Part shown: one piece after another, positions 25,400-38,400 of the stretch | Numbering within the stretch: position 1 is the first letter of the stretch | How the letters are laid out: each line of letters starts with the position of its first letter | From: Monocercomonoides exilis PA203 | Taxonomy: Eukaryota; Protista; Preaxostyla | Direction of reading: 5' to 3' | Assembly: GCA_001643675.2 (NCBI GenBank) | Contig: LSRY02000057.1 | Location: 1-64,000 of the forward strand | Length of the DNA: 64,000 nt | Made by a program: the position numbers and the translations under genes | The notes under the pieces: generated by a model | Told to the model about the DNA's origin: nothing | What the model saw: the letters and a program-made list of their open reading frames with translations, nothing else | Database searches by the model: none

Positions 25400-28300
25400 C
25401 TATGTGAAAAAAGAAGTCACAAAGAAGCCACGATATAGGCTATATTTCGCCAAATACGAAAGAGTTTTATTTCTTTCTGATCGAGACAACAATAATTCAT
25501 TTCATTGAAATGGATGACATTTTTATGAAAAATTGAACAAATTGAGAAATATCCCATATATTTGCGTTGAAAAGAAATGAAATATCCATTTTCGCATTCT
25601 GAGCCACATATAGAAGTGAAAAGACTTTGAAAAGATCTTTGCAAAGAAGAGTCAAAAAAGCAACAATTTGTTGATTAATAATGTGCGCACTTTAATATCC
25701 CTTCAAAGATCAATTCAAGCGTTGATGTTTCATTTTTTTAGAACTCAAATTTTGAGTTATCTGGAAGCTTTCCTTCATTGAGATGATTCTTTGTGTAATA
25801 TCAAAGTGCTTGTTGGTTTCAGTGAACATTTCAAATATAATGTATTGAGCAAAGTTGTTTGCTGTTTGGATGTTTTTTTATTTAGTCCATTTCTTGAGGG
25901 GTTGTTCATGCGAAAGGAGGATTGATGGAGTGGATCAATTTTTCGTTATAACTCACATTTTCGATATTTGAGCAAATGATAGTTGGACACCTTAGGGAAC
26001 GAATCAGAGCAATAATGAATGACATAATTGATCGGAAAATTAAATTGATTTTTTTATCAAAGGATTTTGAAGCTGAGCGAAGATGAAAGAATTCGTGATG
26101 GTGGAGGGAGAATAATGCAATATGCAGAACCAAGAACATGATGAATGTTGAGTTCATTTCAATTCGCAAATTGCCTATTTGTGTTGCTGCTTAATGCATA
26201 TTATCCTGAAAAGAATCTTGTTGCTTTTTGTTGAAGATCATCATTTTGAATAATGTTGTCGATTATCATTGATTCCTCAATTTCAGCATGGATTTCAACA
26301 AAACACAGAAACAATTCGAACGATATCAAAATGAATTTGCCATGACAGACGGACAACGGTTGAAGTGTTTGATCATGCAAAGGTGTGTAATCCAAAGAAA
26401 GCTGCATTTGTGTTGCATTTTTTCAAAAAAGGTTTTTCGAAAGAAAAAGGAAAACAAGAGAAAGATGTGAAAAAAGAAAAAAATAAGTCACAATTATCAT
26501 CAACTGTTTCATCATCATCTTTTTCTTCCTCCTCTTTCCTAACATCTGCTCTCCACTGTTTTCCTTCTTTCTTCATCCGGTTGCATGGCTTCAATGTCAT
26601 TCCTTCATCAGCCCTCTTCCTCCTCTTCTAATCCTCTGCAACATCTCCCTCGCTCTCCCAAGGCATTCCCATTCAGTTTTATTCTGCTCTGTTGGCTGTG
26701 GCAAATCGGTGCTGCTTGCATCGATTCTGGGAGAGACAATCTGCTTGGAAGGGAAAGGCTATTTGAGTGAAAAGGGGATTTATGTGTCTCAGGTGTGAAA
26801 GTTCGAAAGAAAAAAATACTAATAAATCTCTGCTTCTTTTTTTTCTTCTTCTTTACTGATAAAAATTGTTTCCATCTTTTATTTCACTTGATTTTTTCCC
26901 CCTTTTTCTGATAAATATCATTTCTTTCCTCATCTTTTCTATTCCAGATTCCCAACGTATTCAACTTCACCATCAAATCCAACATCCTCTTCCACACAAC
27001 TTTCTCACTCCATCTTCCACTTCCTCGTTGTTTAATCATTCTGTTTGGAACAAAACTTATCCATTCTTCCCAGAGGAGATGAAGATGAAATGGAGCGAAT
27101 GAACTCATAAATTGTTGGCTGTGTGATTTGTTTTGAAAACCTTTCAAAAGCAATCGATTCATCTGATGAGATGCTTCTGTTTGATGAGATTTTTGAAAGA
27201 ATCGATGCTCATGTTGGACAGACACTGGTTACAAAGACCAACAATCAACTTCAAAAAAGGGGACACTGTGCTGTCTTGACAGCAATACACAACACGATAT
27301 ATATGTCTTGTTTTGGCACAGCCATCGTGATGGAGGAAGACAGTGGGATAAGAAAGACAGGAAGGGCGGAGGAGTTAAAGGGGATTGTGAAGAAAATGAG
27401 GGTGATGATAAGTGAGGAGAATGAAGACGGAATAGAAGAGGAAGAGGAAAGGAGGGAAGAGAAAGAGAAATATTTAAAGATAATTTTGAAAACAATTTTG
27501 AAAAAAAGATTGAAAATGCAAATGACATTCCTTCGCCATCACATCGTCTTCGTCTTTTTCTTAATCTTTGTTTTTTTTTTGCAGCTTCTTTTCAGTTGAC
27601 ATTGGACATGAGTTTCATCATTCCGAAGTGTTTGAACAGTTCAATTCAGCAGAGATTCCGAATCGAGCCAAAATATTTTGATTTCATTTTTCATTCACAA
27701 ATTCAAAAAAGAAAAGAAAATTTGTTCAATGTTTATCTTTTCATTCAAAACTTCTTCTTCTTCAACTCCTTCGATGAACAACAAAAATATTTGGATTTCA
27801 ATTTCATTCAGATTCAAATCGATTTAATCAGGAGGCCTTGCCTTTCATTTTTATTCATCAAAGCAAAATGAATATTCACACTTTCATAGAATTAAAGCTA
27901 GTCCAATCACAGCAATGAAATGGATGCAATTTATATCAACAAAATCGAAGCTGCAGACTCACAATAAAAAATGGAGATCGAATATTTCTTTTTCATTTGG
28001 AAGCTGAAAGAGGCTCAGATAAAAAAAGAAAGTGCATCCAAGCAATTCTTTTATGAAATGAATGGGTTCCTAAATAGCCTTCGGCAGATTTCACAACAAC
28101 AAACGTCGGTGAATTGCAGAAAATGAAACGATGAAGAAAAGCAATTTTGAGGAAAAGATTTATTTGAAGTGCAGAACAATGATGCAGTTGAGCGAATCGC
28201 ACAAAACAAGATGGAATAAGAAAGTTGAGAAAATAAATACTTTTGAATTGTTTGTTGATATTATTGAAGAAATTCATATTGAAGAGAAGAAATTGATAAT

Positions 28301-28850
28301 TCCTTAATACAACAAGTGGAATTTGTATTTGATGAAATGGAGAAAATTGATGAAGAAATTTTGAAGAAATAATTTTATTTGACTGACGTTAAGGATTTTG
28401 AAAAAAAATAAACTTCTTATGAAAAGAAGATGAAAGCTAATGAATTTTTCTTTCCCATGGAAAATGGTGAAAATTAATAAATGGAAGGTATAATAAAGAA
28501 ATAAGAAAAAGGTTATTGCTATCAATGATTTTTGTGTCAACTGCGCTGAAGGTGAGTGTTTGAGTTGGAACAAATGTTGAGGAAAGAAGAGGGAGGGAGG
28601 AGTCTTGGGCATCTGTCATGCGAACAAGAGCAAATTCAATTGTGGAGCATGGACTGAGCTGTGTGATTCTGCAGAGATTGGTGTTTGTTCCGTTATTTGA
28701 TACGATTTTATACATTGTAATGATAAAAGCCATCTGTTGAACTCAATATTATCTGTTTCTCCTGCATTCTAACTCTTTGTGTTGTGGTTATTGATCTACA
28801 CTGATTGAATGGAGATTTCGTTATGGCATTGCTTTTGAAGAACACTATAT
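25400..28850 (+). pseudogene. Series of heavily decayed coding remnants
   Basis: Patches of coding-like composition (e.g. 25600-26380, 27123-27500, 28540-28800) with many stops; no recognisable domain. Confidence 0.35.
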
Positions 28851-29499
28851 TACCCTGCAACTGCTTTTTTCACTATCATTTTTCCAACAATGAGAATTGT
28901 TTAGGTTTTGTGCCACTTCTGTAAAACATTTTGAATTGATAATTATTCTTAAACTTATTCAATCATTGCTTATGCAAGACAACTGTTCCTATTTTGCATC
29001 ATTGTTTTATTCAAATGGATTTTAAAAGGCAAACTTTTTTAATTCATTCAAAACTATTTCAAAAGAAGAAAAAAACAAAAAAATTATCTCAGTTTATTAC
29101 TTACTTTTTTTCCAAAAAAAGATAATATAAATGTGTGAAAGTTTCGCATTCAATTAAATTCAAATGATAATTTTTTAAATAACAAAATATTTGTAAAAAG
29201 TTTGTAAAAAATTTTGTTAAAACAAACGCTTCAAGAATTGAAAAAGACAGCACTCACGTTATTAAGTGAGTTGTGGCAAATAAAAAAAATTAATACAAAT
29301 AAAATACATGTTCATTAAAAAAATAAAATAAAATATTATTTGAAATATTTGCCACGCCTTTTTCATCTCTCGAAATAAAATAATCAAATTTAAAGCAAAA
29401 ATACTTTATGCATACATAAATAAAAATACATTTCACAAAAAAATAAAAAAAATAATGATATAGAACAAATGAAGTGTAAGACTCGAATTCTGAAATTCT

Positions 29500-32400
29500 T
29501 TATTTGATTGAACTAGAATTCTCCGACTGTTCATAAGGAACCAGTTCTATGCCAGAAACAGTTGTTGTTGTTGAAGCGTCGGGTGTCTTGGCTGTGTATC
29601 CTTGTGAGCTTTCATCACTTTCACTTCGTGTGCTGCCTGTTCTTGTAACTAACTCACCATCTCTATCATATTCCGACACTTCGTCGATATCAATTGCATC
29701 AGAAATAGTGAGCTGAACAGCACCTGGAGGGAAGTGTTGAATAAATTCGCGCTTCAGACTCGCAAGTGAAAGCCGTTCTTCGGTGTTTGACGAGAGGCAA
29801 GACTTCACCAAGTCATCGAATGAAGATGAAGAAAGCAAACCATAGTCCACTCTTTCACCATTCTTTATCTTTGCTCCTGCTGTTTCGGCATCGTACTTGG
29901 CAAACGGGATCTGAAGCGTCAGACACTCCCACAGCATCATACCAATAGTGAATGACACGCTCTTATTTGTTGCTCCTCCCTTCATATTCCATTGAAGCTC
30001 AGGTGCCTTCCAGCGCAGGCTTTCGTTGTCGATTGTCTCATCTTCAAAGGCACTGGACTTCGTTTTTTCATTTTTCTTCCGTTTTCCAGATCGTTTATTT
30101 CCTTCGCAATCTGAAATGGAACTTGAGCTGTCTGCGGTTGAAGAGTCGACAGAAGACGAATCGTCGCTATCTTCAGAAGAAAAGCCAGAGTTAAGCGCAA
30201 TCACAACTATCATGTGTTCTGAGAACAGCACGATATGCGGAGAAAGAGAGTCTAAGCAAGGAGATAATTCGCGATCCTGTTCGAAGGAATGTAGAGCACC
30301 ATTCGCCACCCAGAACAGGATCTGAGCAGCTGTCATTTCTCTCTGTTCCATTGTACCAATTGCCATCTCCTTCTTCTCGTTCTTCCCGTGAAGTAACATG
30401 AACAACGAATCTCTCAAATCAACGATCATCTTTTCATGAGGCGATTCGCACGCCATTCCATCCACAAGGCTTGACATGGATGAAGTTGTTGGCACCATTT
30501 GTTCAATGTTCATTAGCGTTACAACGCTCGATTCGTCTTTTAGTTCAGCAGAAAGAGTGGCTCTGCAGCTCGAATCTTTTCCAGCTTTGATGCATTCATC
30601 GTCTTCATCGCTCTCCTCTTCCACTTTCTCCAGTGCCCAATCAGGAATTTCATCTGAGTGATCGAGAAGTATTTCTTGCGTTGAACCAACGTCTGTCAGT
30701 AAACTTTGCTGAGACTCAGATTTCGCCAGTTTATTTGCCTGATTCCGCTGCTTTCCAAACCCTGATGCTCTTTCGCACCTTATGCACGGCTCCTCCTCTG
30801 CTCCAAAGCCATATGTAAGCATTTCTATTTCTTTCGGGTTTTCCTTTGTTGTCTGCTCCACCATCACTTCCAATTGGTTTGAACGGCGCTTTTCCTTTCT
30901 CCATCGAATGACAACAACAATTATGCACAAAGCAGCTATGAAAAGCAAAATGCCAACAACTACCAATGCAATTATAACCCAAGAGGGTGTGGCTTTGTTG
31001 GTTCCTTCAACTATCCGATCATTTCCTTTCTCTTTTGTAATGTTCTTTATCACCTTTGACGAAGTTGAAGAAGGCATATCGAGATTTCCAAATAAAAGCG
31101 CTACGGATAATTCTGTCTGTTTTGCGGCAGAAGAAACATCAGTAGATTTAATCGTCGATATTGCCTCGTTTTCAGATATCCATCCATTGCTGTCGATTTC
31201 ACGCTTTTCATATACATATTCTTCGTTGGTCTTATAAATAAGTCTAACAAAGAGATTGCATGGCATTAAAAGACTTCCTTTTAGAGTCAACCTTGTATCT
31301 GTTCCCAAATCATCAACTTTGACGGATTCTAAAATTGGAATGAAAAATGGAGATGATCTTTCAGCAGCGATACCTTCCAATGAGCATTTGTCTTGTAAGA
31401 TCCAAAGAGAAGAGTTGTCTTTCAATCCATCTCCTCCTTTCAGACTAACAATATTCAGAGTTCCATCTTCAGAGCAAATAATGTTCCGGCGGGCAGATTT
31501 ATAAGCAGAAATTGACTTGTTGTTGTTCAGAAATTCTCCTTTTTCAATTGTTAAATTGCCGCCAAAAAGAGAAATTCCTCCAACAGAAGAATTGGCAATA
31601 GAAGTCTCTTTTATCGTTGCTTGGCAGTTTGTCGCATCAACGAGCGATCCATTCCATCTGCATATTTCATCGATTTCTCCGTCATTTTTCGCTTCAACGA
31701 TAGACTCTTCCCAACCATCAAATACACACGCATCAACCTCAATGTTTTTGCAATTGAGCGCAAGTAGCTGTTTCCCTTTTGTAGCCAGGCAAGAGCAAAG
31801 ACAGAGTGTGTTGTTGATAAACTGAATAGACTTTTCTTTCAGACTGGATATTACTCTTCCTTCGCTTCCACCGCAGCTAACATTTGTGAAGGCGCAAAGT
31901 GAGGCTGAAAATGCTTTTTCGATCTCTGTTTCGCTGTTATCTGTTATCAGTGTCTCTCCATCCTCAATATGTATTGCACTTCCTTCTTCGACTTCAATTT
32001 TCTTAAACACGGATTGAAGCAAAGCAATCGTTGAATTTCCTGAACATGAAATAATTGCTTCTTTGGCTTTTGCTGTACTAATGGTTAATTGAGAAGCAGA
32101 AAAGGTGCTTCCTGAGCATGAAATAAAGCATTTTCCTCTTAATCCTTCGAAGTTAACTCTGTCCAAATTGGTAGATGTATGGCTCTCACAGCTGATAATA
32201 TGATTAACAACTGAAAACTCGCTAAATGTGGATTCTGTAATTTTCAGTGTTCCTCCAACAACTGCAATCAAGCTTCCTTCAAGCTGTGCTCCGATTTCTC
32301 TACAAACGAAATTACATGTATTCATTCTAAGTTTGCCGTTCAATAAGCAAATCAAAGACGAGTGAATAATTTTTAAAGCGCCACCAAAGATAAAAGCAAC

Positions 32401-35400
32401 ATTGTCTATCTGCACATTCTCTTTTGTTGCAATCGCATATTCCCTTTCAGCACTTTTCGCAATCGTGCTGTTCATCAAAATTGCGCATGACTCATCCAGA
32501 GGCACAACTGAAATTTCCGATAAATCTGTTTCTCCTTCCATGCTTGCCTGCGCATCAATGAAGATCGTCCTGCGTCTGCCTTCTGAAACATGTTGCACAA
32601 CAACATCCAACGTTTTGCATGGGCCTGTAAAGTTTCCGCACCTCTTTCCGTTTTCTCCATTTGACGAAACGAGCACTTGCTCCCCTCTAAAGTACCTAAT
32701 CTCATCGATCAAGTCGCGGTCTCTTTCAGAAGCAGCCATGCTTTTTTCCCTTCCAAATATCGCATTCCTTGAATCAAACACAGACTCATCGAAGTCAATC
32801 AAAAACTGGTCTGAAGTCACTTGCGACTCAATGTTTACACACAAAATAAACACGTCCCGCCCAGAACTCGCATTGTTGAAGCTGAAACGCACGTTCTTAA
32901 ATCGGAATCCGAGTGGATTGTCATTCGATAAATGTTCATTTCTTCCTGAAGCAGGAATGCTTCCACAATCCAAATAGACTCCTCCGCCTTTTCCACTTGC
33001 TGTCGATGCTATGCATTTCCCCAGTGACGTACCGTTGATGTCAAACATAATTGTGTCGCTGTTTCCAGGCCCCAACGTAAAGAGCATGCTTCCTCCTCTG
33101 GCAGAAGTTTTGCTTTCGCAACCGTTCAAAATGCATCCATTCATTTTGTATTTAACATTGTTTATTGTTTCACAGCTCAAAAGGCAGCTTCCTCCATTCT
33201 CTTTTATTATCTCATTCATGCGACACGAAATGAGCTCCAGAATGCAATCGCCATTTGGCAGTATTGAGAAAGATGAGCGAGCGCCAAGCTCTCTCCCAGA
33301 AAAGGAAGAATGAGTTTCTGGAATCGAAAATAATGGATATTTTAATGTTAACCCTTCAAACTGGCAATTATCAATTTTCCCATCAATGTCTGTTGCGCCG
33401 AATTGCATTGGCTTTGAATCAAACGCCAAATCTTTTAAATAGAATTCTTTTATTTCAAATGCTCCTGAACGAACTTCAATAAGGCAATAAGAAATTGCAT
33501 TATTTGTATCTTGATTTAGCATCATGGAGCAGTTCTTCATGAACAGCACTCCGCTTGATGACAAAATAAGAACTGTTTGAGAAGTTGTGAATTCAGTTGG
33601 GATGGTGAATGCCAGCAATGTTAGCTTTAGTGTCTTGCTGTTAAATAAAACGCAATCTTCCGATCCAACGGGAGGAGATAACGAAGATATCGATGCTGCA
33701 ATAAAAAGCCCTGCAGGTGTATTTTGCAATGATCCAATTTCGCGTTCAGATACGTCAAAACAGCTGTCAACATTTGCTGAATTCTCAATCAGAAGCTGTG
33801 TGACTGGCTGGTCAGGCTCTGTTGTATTTATTATATGATGCAATCCAGTTGAAAATGAAGAGCAAGGAAGAGTTTCCTTTCCGCATCCCTTCACATCTGC
33901 TCCGAAACTTGATGACACAACTATTTTTTCTGAATTATATTCTACAATAAAAGCAAGAAGATCAACTGACTTTGTTGTAAAATAAGCTGTATCCATTCCA
34001 GAAAAGGCATTTGTGTCTGAAGTCCATTCATCGAGATTTATCAAAAATTGCTCAAGCTTTACAGAAGAGCTAAGATCAGCACATGAGAAAAAGACATTCT
34101 TCCCCATTGAAGCAACATTATCCGAAAATTTTATCTTCTCAAAAACAAAGTCAGCATCAGCACCAATAGAGTCTATAAAGCAAAATCCTCCTTTTCCAGA
34201 CGCAGGCGAACAACTGCACGAAGATACTATACTTGTTCCGCTGACCGCATCTCCTTTGACACTAAGTGATCCGCCTGCCTTGAACTTTATTTTCATTCCT
34301 CCGCCTTCATTGCTTTCTAATGCAGTCAAACTTGTGATTGAGCAATTTATAAACGAAAGAGAAGAAGATAGTGGATCTGTAATGATAACAGATTTGGAAG
34401 TACCTTCTTTCGCAACAATTCTATCAAATGAGCAGTTCCTAAAGATAAATTCAGAAGTTGCAGCATTGTTGGACTGTTCTGATTGAGCACTGACTTCAGC
34501 GGCAGTCAAAAGCGATGCTGTTTGAAGCGTAACTGACAAAAATTGGACTTGTTCAAAGGTTGTAGTGACCGATTGCAATATCTCGATAGGCGATGCTGAA
34601 AATAGCAAGCTTTCAACAGTGCAGCCATGAAACAACAATTTTCCATTGGTGGCAGATACAAGAGAATAGCCAATCGAAGAAAGGAAATTGCTTTGCTTAG
34701 CAAAATTGCACGAAGAAAGCTGTAGCACTCCTTCAGAAGCAGCACATTTGATTACTGACGATTGACGCCCAACAAATTCAGATGGTAATGAAAATGTAAT
34801 GTTAACAAAATTGGTATTGCCCGCAATGCCAATCGCTGTGTCTTTGTCGCTGGAAGGCAGATCTGAGCAGATGGTTATTCCTGTGCCTTGAGAAGGCGAA
34901 GCAGCTGAAAGTGTCAAATTCTGAAATTCGTAGTACGATTCGACTTCAACCAACGTGTCAAAAATTATTTCCTTGTTGATGCTATCGCTCCTCACATTTT
35001 TCATGCTTTTCCAAATTGAATGACAAGGAAAGTCTTCAGAGCCGCATCGTAGGACATCATAGCCTGTGTTAGACACGTGAACTTTATCTGATACAAACTG
35101 AACCAAAAACACAATCAAATTCACAGAATTAAAAATTGTGTCTTTGCCGATATATGCTTTTCCTCCTTCGATAGCTGGATCACTAACTGGCAAGAACAGC
35201 TTATCAGCAGACACAGACTCGTTCAACGAATCAAAATTAAAGAAGAGATTTTTTCCAATGTGGGCTTTATTGTTTGAGTATTTTGACTCAACGCTTAAGT
35301 CATACTGACCTTCGCTTTGTTGCTTGCTCAAATAGAGGAAACCTCCTTTCCCTGTTGCCTCGTTACAGAAACACTCTCCAACTTGGCAGCCAGAAATACT

Positions 35401-38400
35401 AATTTTTCCTGTGTCTTTCAACCAAATATTGATAACTCCGCCTTCTTTGCATTCTGCATTGCCAACATTGCTGAAATTGCATTCGTCAAAGTTCACAGTT
35501 CCTTCGAGATGCGTAGAAATGATTGGACTCATCGTTGTTTGCGGAGAAGCAGAGCATCGAGTAAATGAAGCATTCATCAGTGACAAAGTGCTATGTCCTC
35601 CTGTTGTCTCTGAGAAGAAGGTTGTTGAAAATGCAATTGTGCTAATGGAAGTGTGGTTAAGAGTAATTGTCGATGAGCCTGCGTATTTGATGAATGAACT
35701 TTCCAAACAGAAACTGCGCTCTCCAATTGAACAATTATTAAGCATCACCGTTCCGCCTTTCACTTCAATGGTATTCAAATAAACAGAAGAATTCAACTGC
35801 TCGCTATCAAAATTCGAATCGTTAACGATAAGCGAGCTTTCTGTTGAAATTAGTGCTTTCAGCACGTTTCTAACAGATGGCAAATACAGTTTGATTTTGT
35901 TAAATGTGAGAATGTCGTGGTTTATTATTGCTGCATCAAAAGTTGTGCTTGCGAAGTTAAATGAAAGAATTGAAGGAGTCGAACTTGAAGATGACAAAAT
36001 AGTCATCGAAGATAAATCAATAGGCTTGCTTATAACAGCTTTCGTAACAATAGATATTCCTTTGTTATCAGAAGATGTATCAAGAATCTTGTCCATTCCA
36101 TATTCAAATGTCTCGCACGGCTCGCTTTCATTCCCGCATCTGAACCAGTCGTTTCCATGACCAGAATCTGCATTCTTCACATTGACAATTGCCAGATGAA
36201 CAGTCATCATAAAAATTAGATCGACATGTTGGTCAATAGTAGAAGTATTGCATCCATACATCATGTTTTCAACATCAGTTGTTGGAGTTAGAAGATTCCC
36301 AAATTTTTCAAATGTCACACAAGAATTAAGATTTGGAGCTTGAATGTATATGTCTCGTCCATATTTTGCTTTGTTAGACACAAAACTGCATTCAGTAATT
36401 TTATAATCGCTGCTAATATCTTTCAATAGCAAAAATACGCCTCCTCCTTTTCCAGCCGATTCACTAGCAGTATTAGATGATATTTTGCATTGGCTAATTT
36501 CAAATTTTTTATTCGCCCCAACTGCAAAGGAAATGGCTCCTCCATTGATTGATGCTGGGCAAGACGACGAAGAAAAATTGCATGATGTAGCATTGAAGGA
36601 GCCGATGCAAGTCGAAGAAGAAATAACAACACATGAACTTGTCTCTTTGGTCGATGAAATTCGTTCAAATCCACAATTGGACAATTCAATTTGCTGCGAA
36701 GATGATCCACTCCCTAATTGTGAAATAAGACCTGCTTTGGAAGAAGTGAACTTGAGGTTTGCAAAGCGGCTGTCAGAAAATTTGAAAATCCCATTTTGAA
36801 GGGAGAACAATGAACAAGAGCAACTTAATTCACTGGAAGCATTAAATGATGTGCTTTCAAGAACAAGGCTACCTCCGCTTATTGAAACAAGCGTAATTGT
36901 TAAAGCATTTGAAGCACTTCCAACAAAAATACAATTTGAAAAGGTTTGAGTTCCGCCTGTTCCACTCAACAAACTCTGAACTGAACTTCCTTGAGGAACC
37001 GAGCCAGTTGAATAAACAATGTTTTGAGATTTAAAGGCTCCCGATGATATAAGTGCAGAATTCGCGTTTCCTGCAATTCTGTCAATCGTAACTGTAGCGT
37101 TTACTGTTGATTCATTTCTTTCAACAAGAACATTTGACACATCAGTTCCTGACATAGACACTTCCACAGTTCCATTTGCTTTGATTGTATGTGAAGATCC
37201 ATTAAAGCGTTGAACAGCCTGCGTAATCGACTTGCAATGGGCGACTGTTGACCCGCAATACTTTCCATCGCCTCGCGACGCATTTGAAGCGTGAATTATC
37301 GACGATGAGTATCCAAAGATGAACGGCATCAAGTCGAAATCTCCCTGAAACGTTGCATTGTCTCTTCCATACCATGCATTTGTTCTATTCGGAACATACG
37401 TCGGAGTTGCTGCAACAGAATAATAAGAATCAAGATTTGCGTTTGGCAATGAAGGAACGAATATAAATACATCTCGTCCAAAAAGCGCTTGATTTAATGA
37501 GAACTGACATCTGCTTATCGTAAATTTAGACAGTGATCCGCTTGTTGAAAAGTACAATGCTCCTCCTCTTCCACTGCTTTGACTGACGCAGCAACTTGTA
37601 AATGTGGTGTTAGAAAAGCTTATTTGAGAATCATCAGCGTTTAAGGACAGCACACCACCATTCGTTCCAATTGAATTAAGACTTGAAATTGATGATATTG
37701 AACAGTTATTAAGTGCAAGGGATTTTGGTGTATACCCGGTTCCAAAAATAGCCGAATTATTTTTTGATGCAGTTATATTTGTGAAATTGCAAAACGAGAA
37801 TGTCGCCTTCGTCACTCCATTTGCCATTTGAAATAAACAATTGGTTGCTAATCTAATGTTCTTTGTTGCCACACGACTGAAGGACAGCGTTCCGCTTGAA
37901 AAATAAAACAAGCTGTAAGAAAATTCGTCAGTCCAGACACTTGGTGTAGAAATCGTAATATCAGTCATTGTAAGGTTGAAATTACCAGAAGAACCATACA
38001 TAATCCTACAAGAATTTTTGTTCACATTAATTGTGAATGTAGAAATCGTTACATTAACAGCTCCAGAAATGGAAATCATTGAGGTTGCTGTGTATTTATT
38101 CATATTAAAAATAACTTTTGTTTGACTTTCTCCGAACGCGTCCACTTTCCCTCTTGTTGAATTAATAATCCAATTATCTGTCTCGCTGTATGAGCCATTA
38201 AGAAGTTTGATTCTCTTCAAATAATTTGGTCTCCGATTGCTAATAGCAGTGTTGACTGATTTGCATGCTGTGCTTGTACTTAATCCACAATTAACTGTAG
38301 CACTTCCAGTGGAAGCAACAATCTGATATGTATCCATTTTAAGGAGCTTTGAATAATTTGCTCCATCCATATGCACTCTATTTCCATCATTATATGTAAA

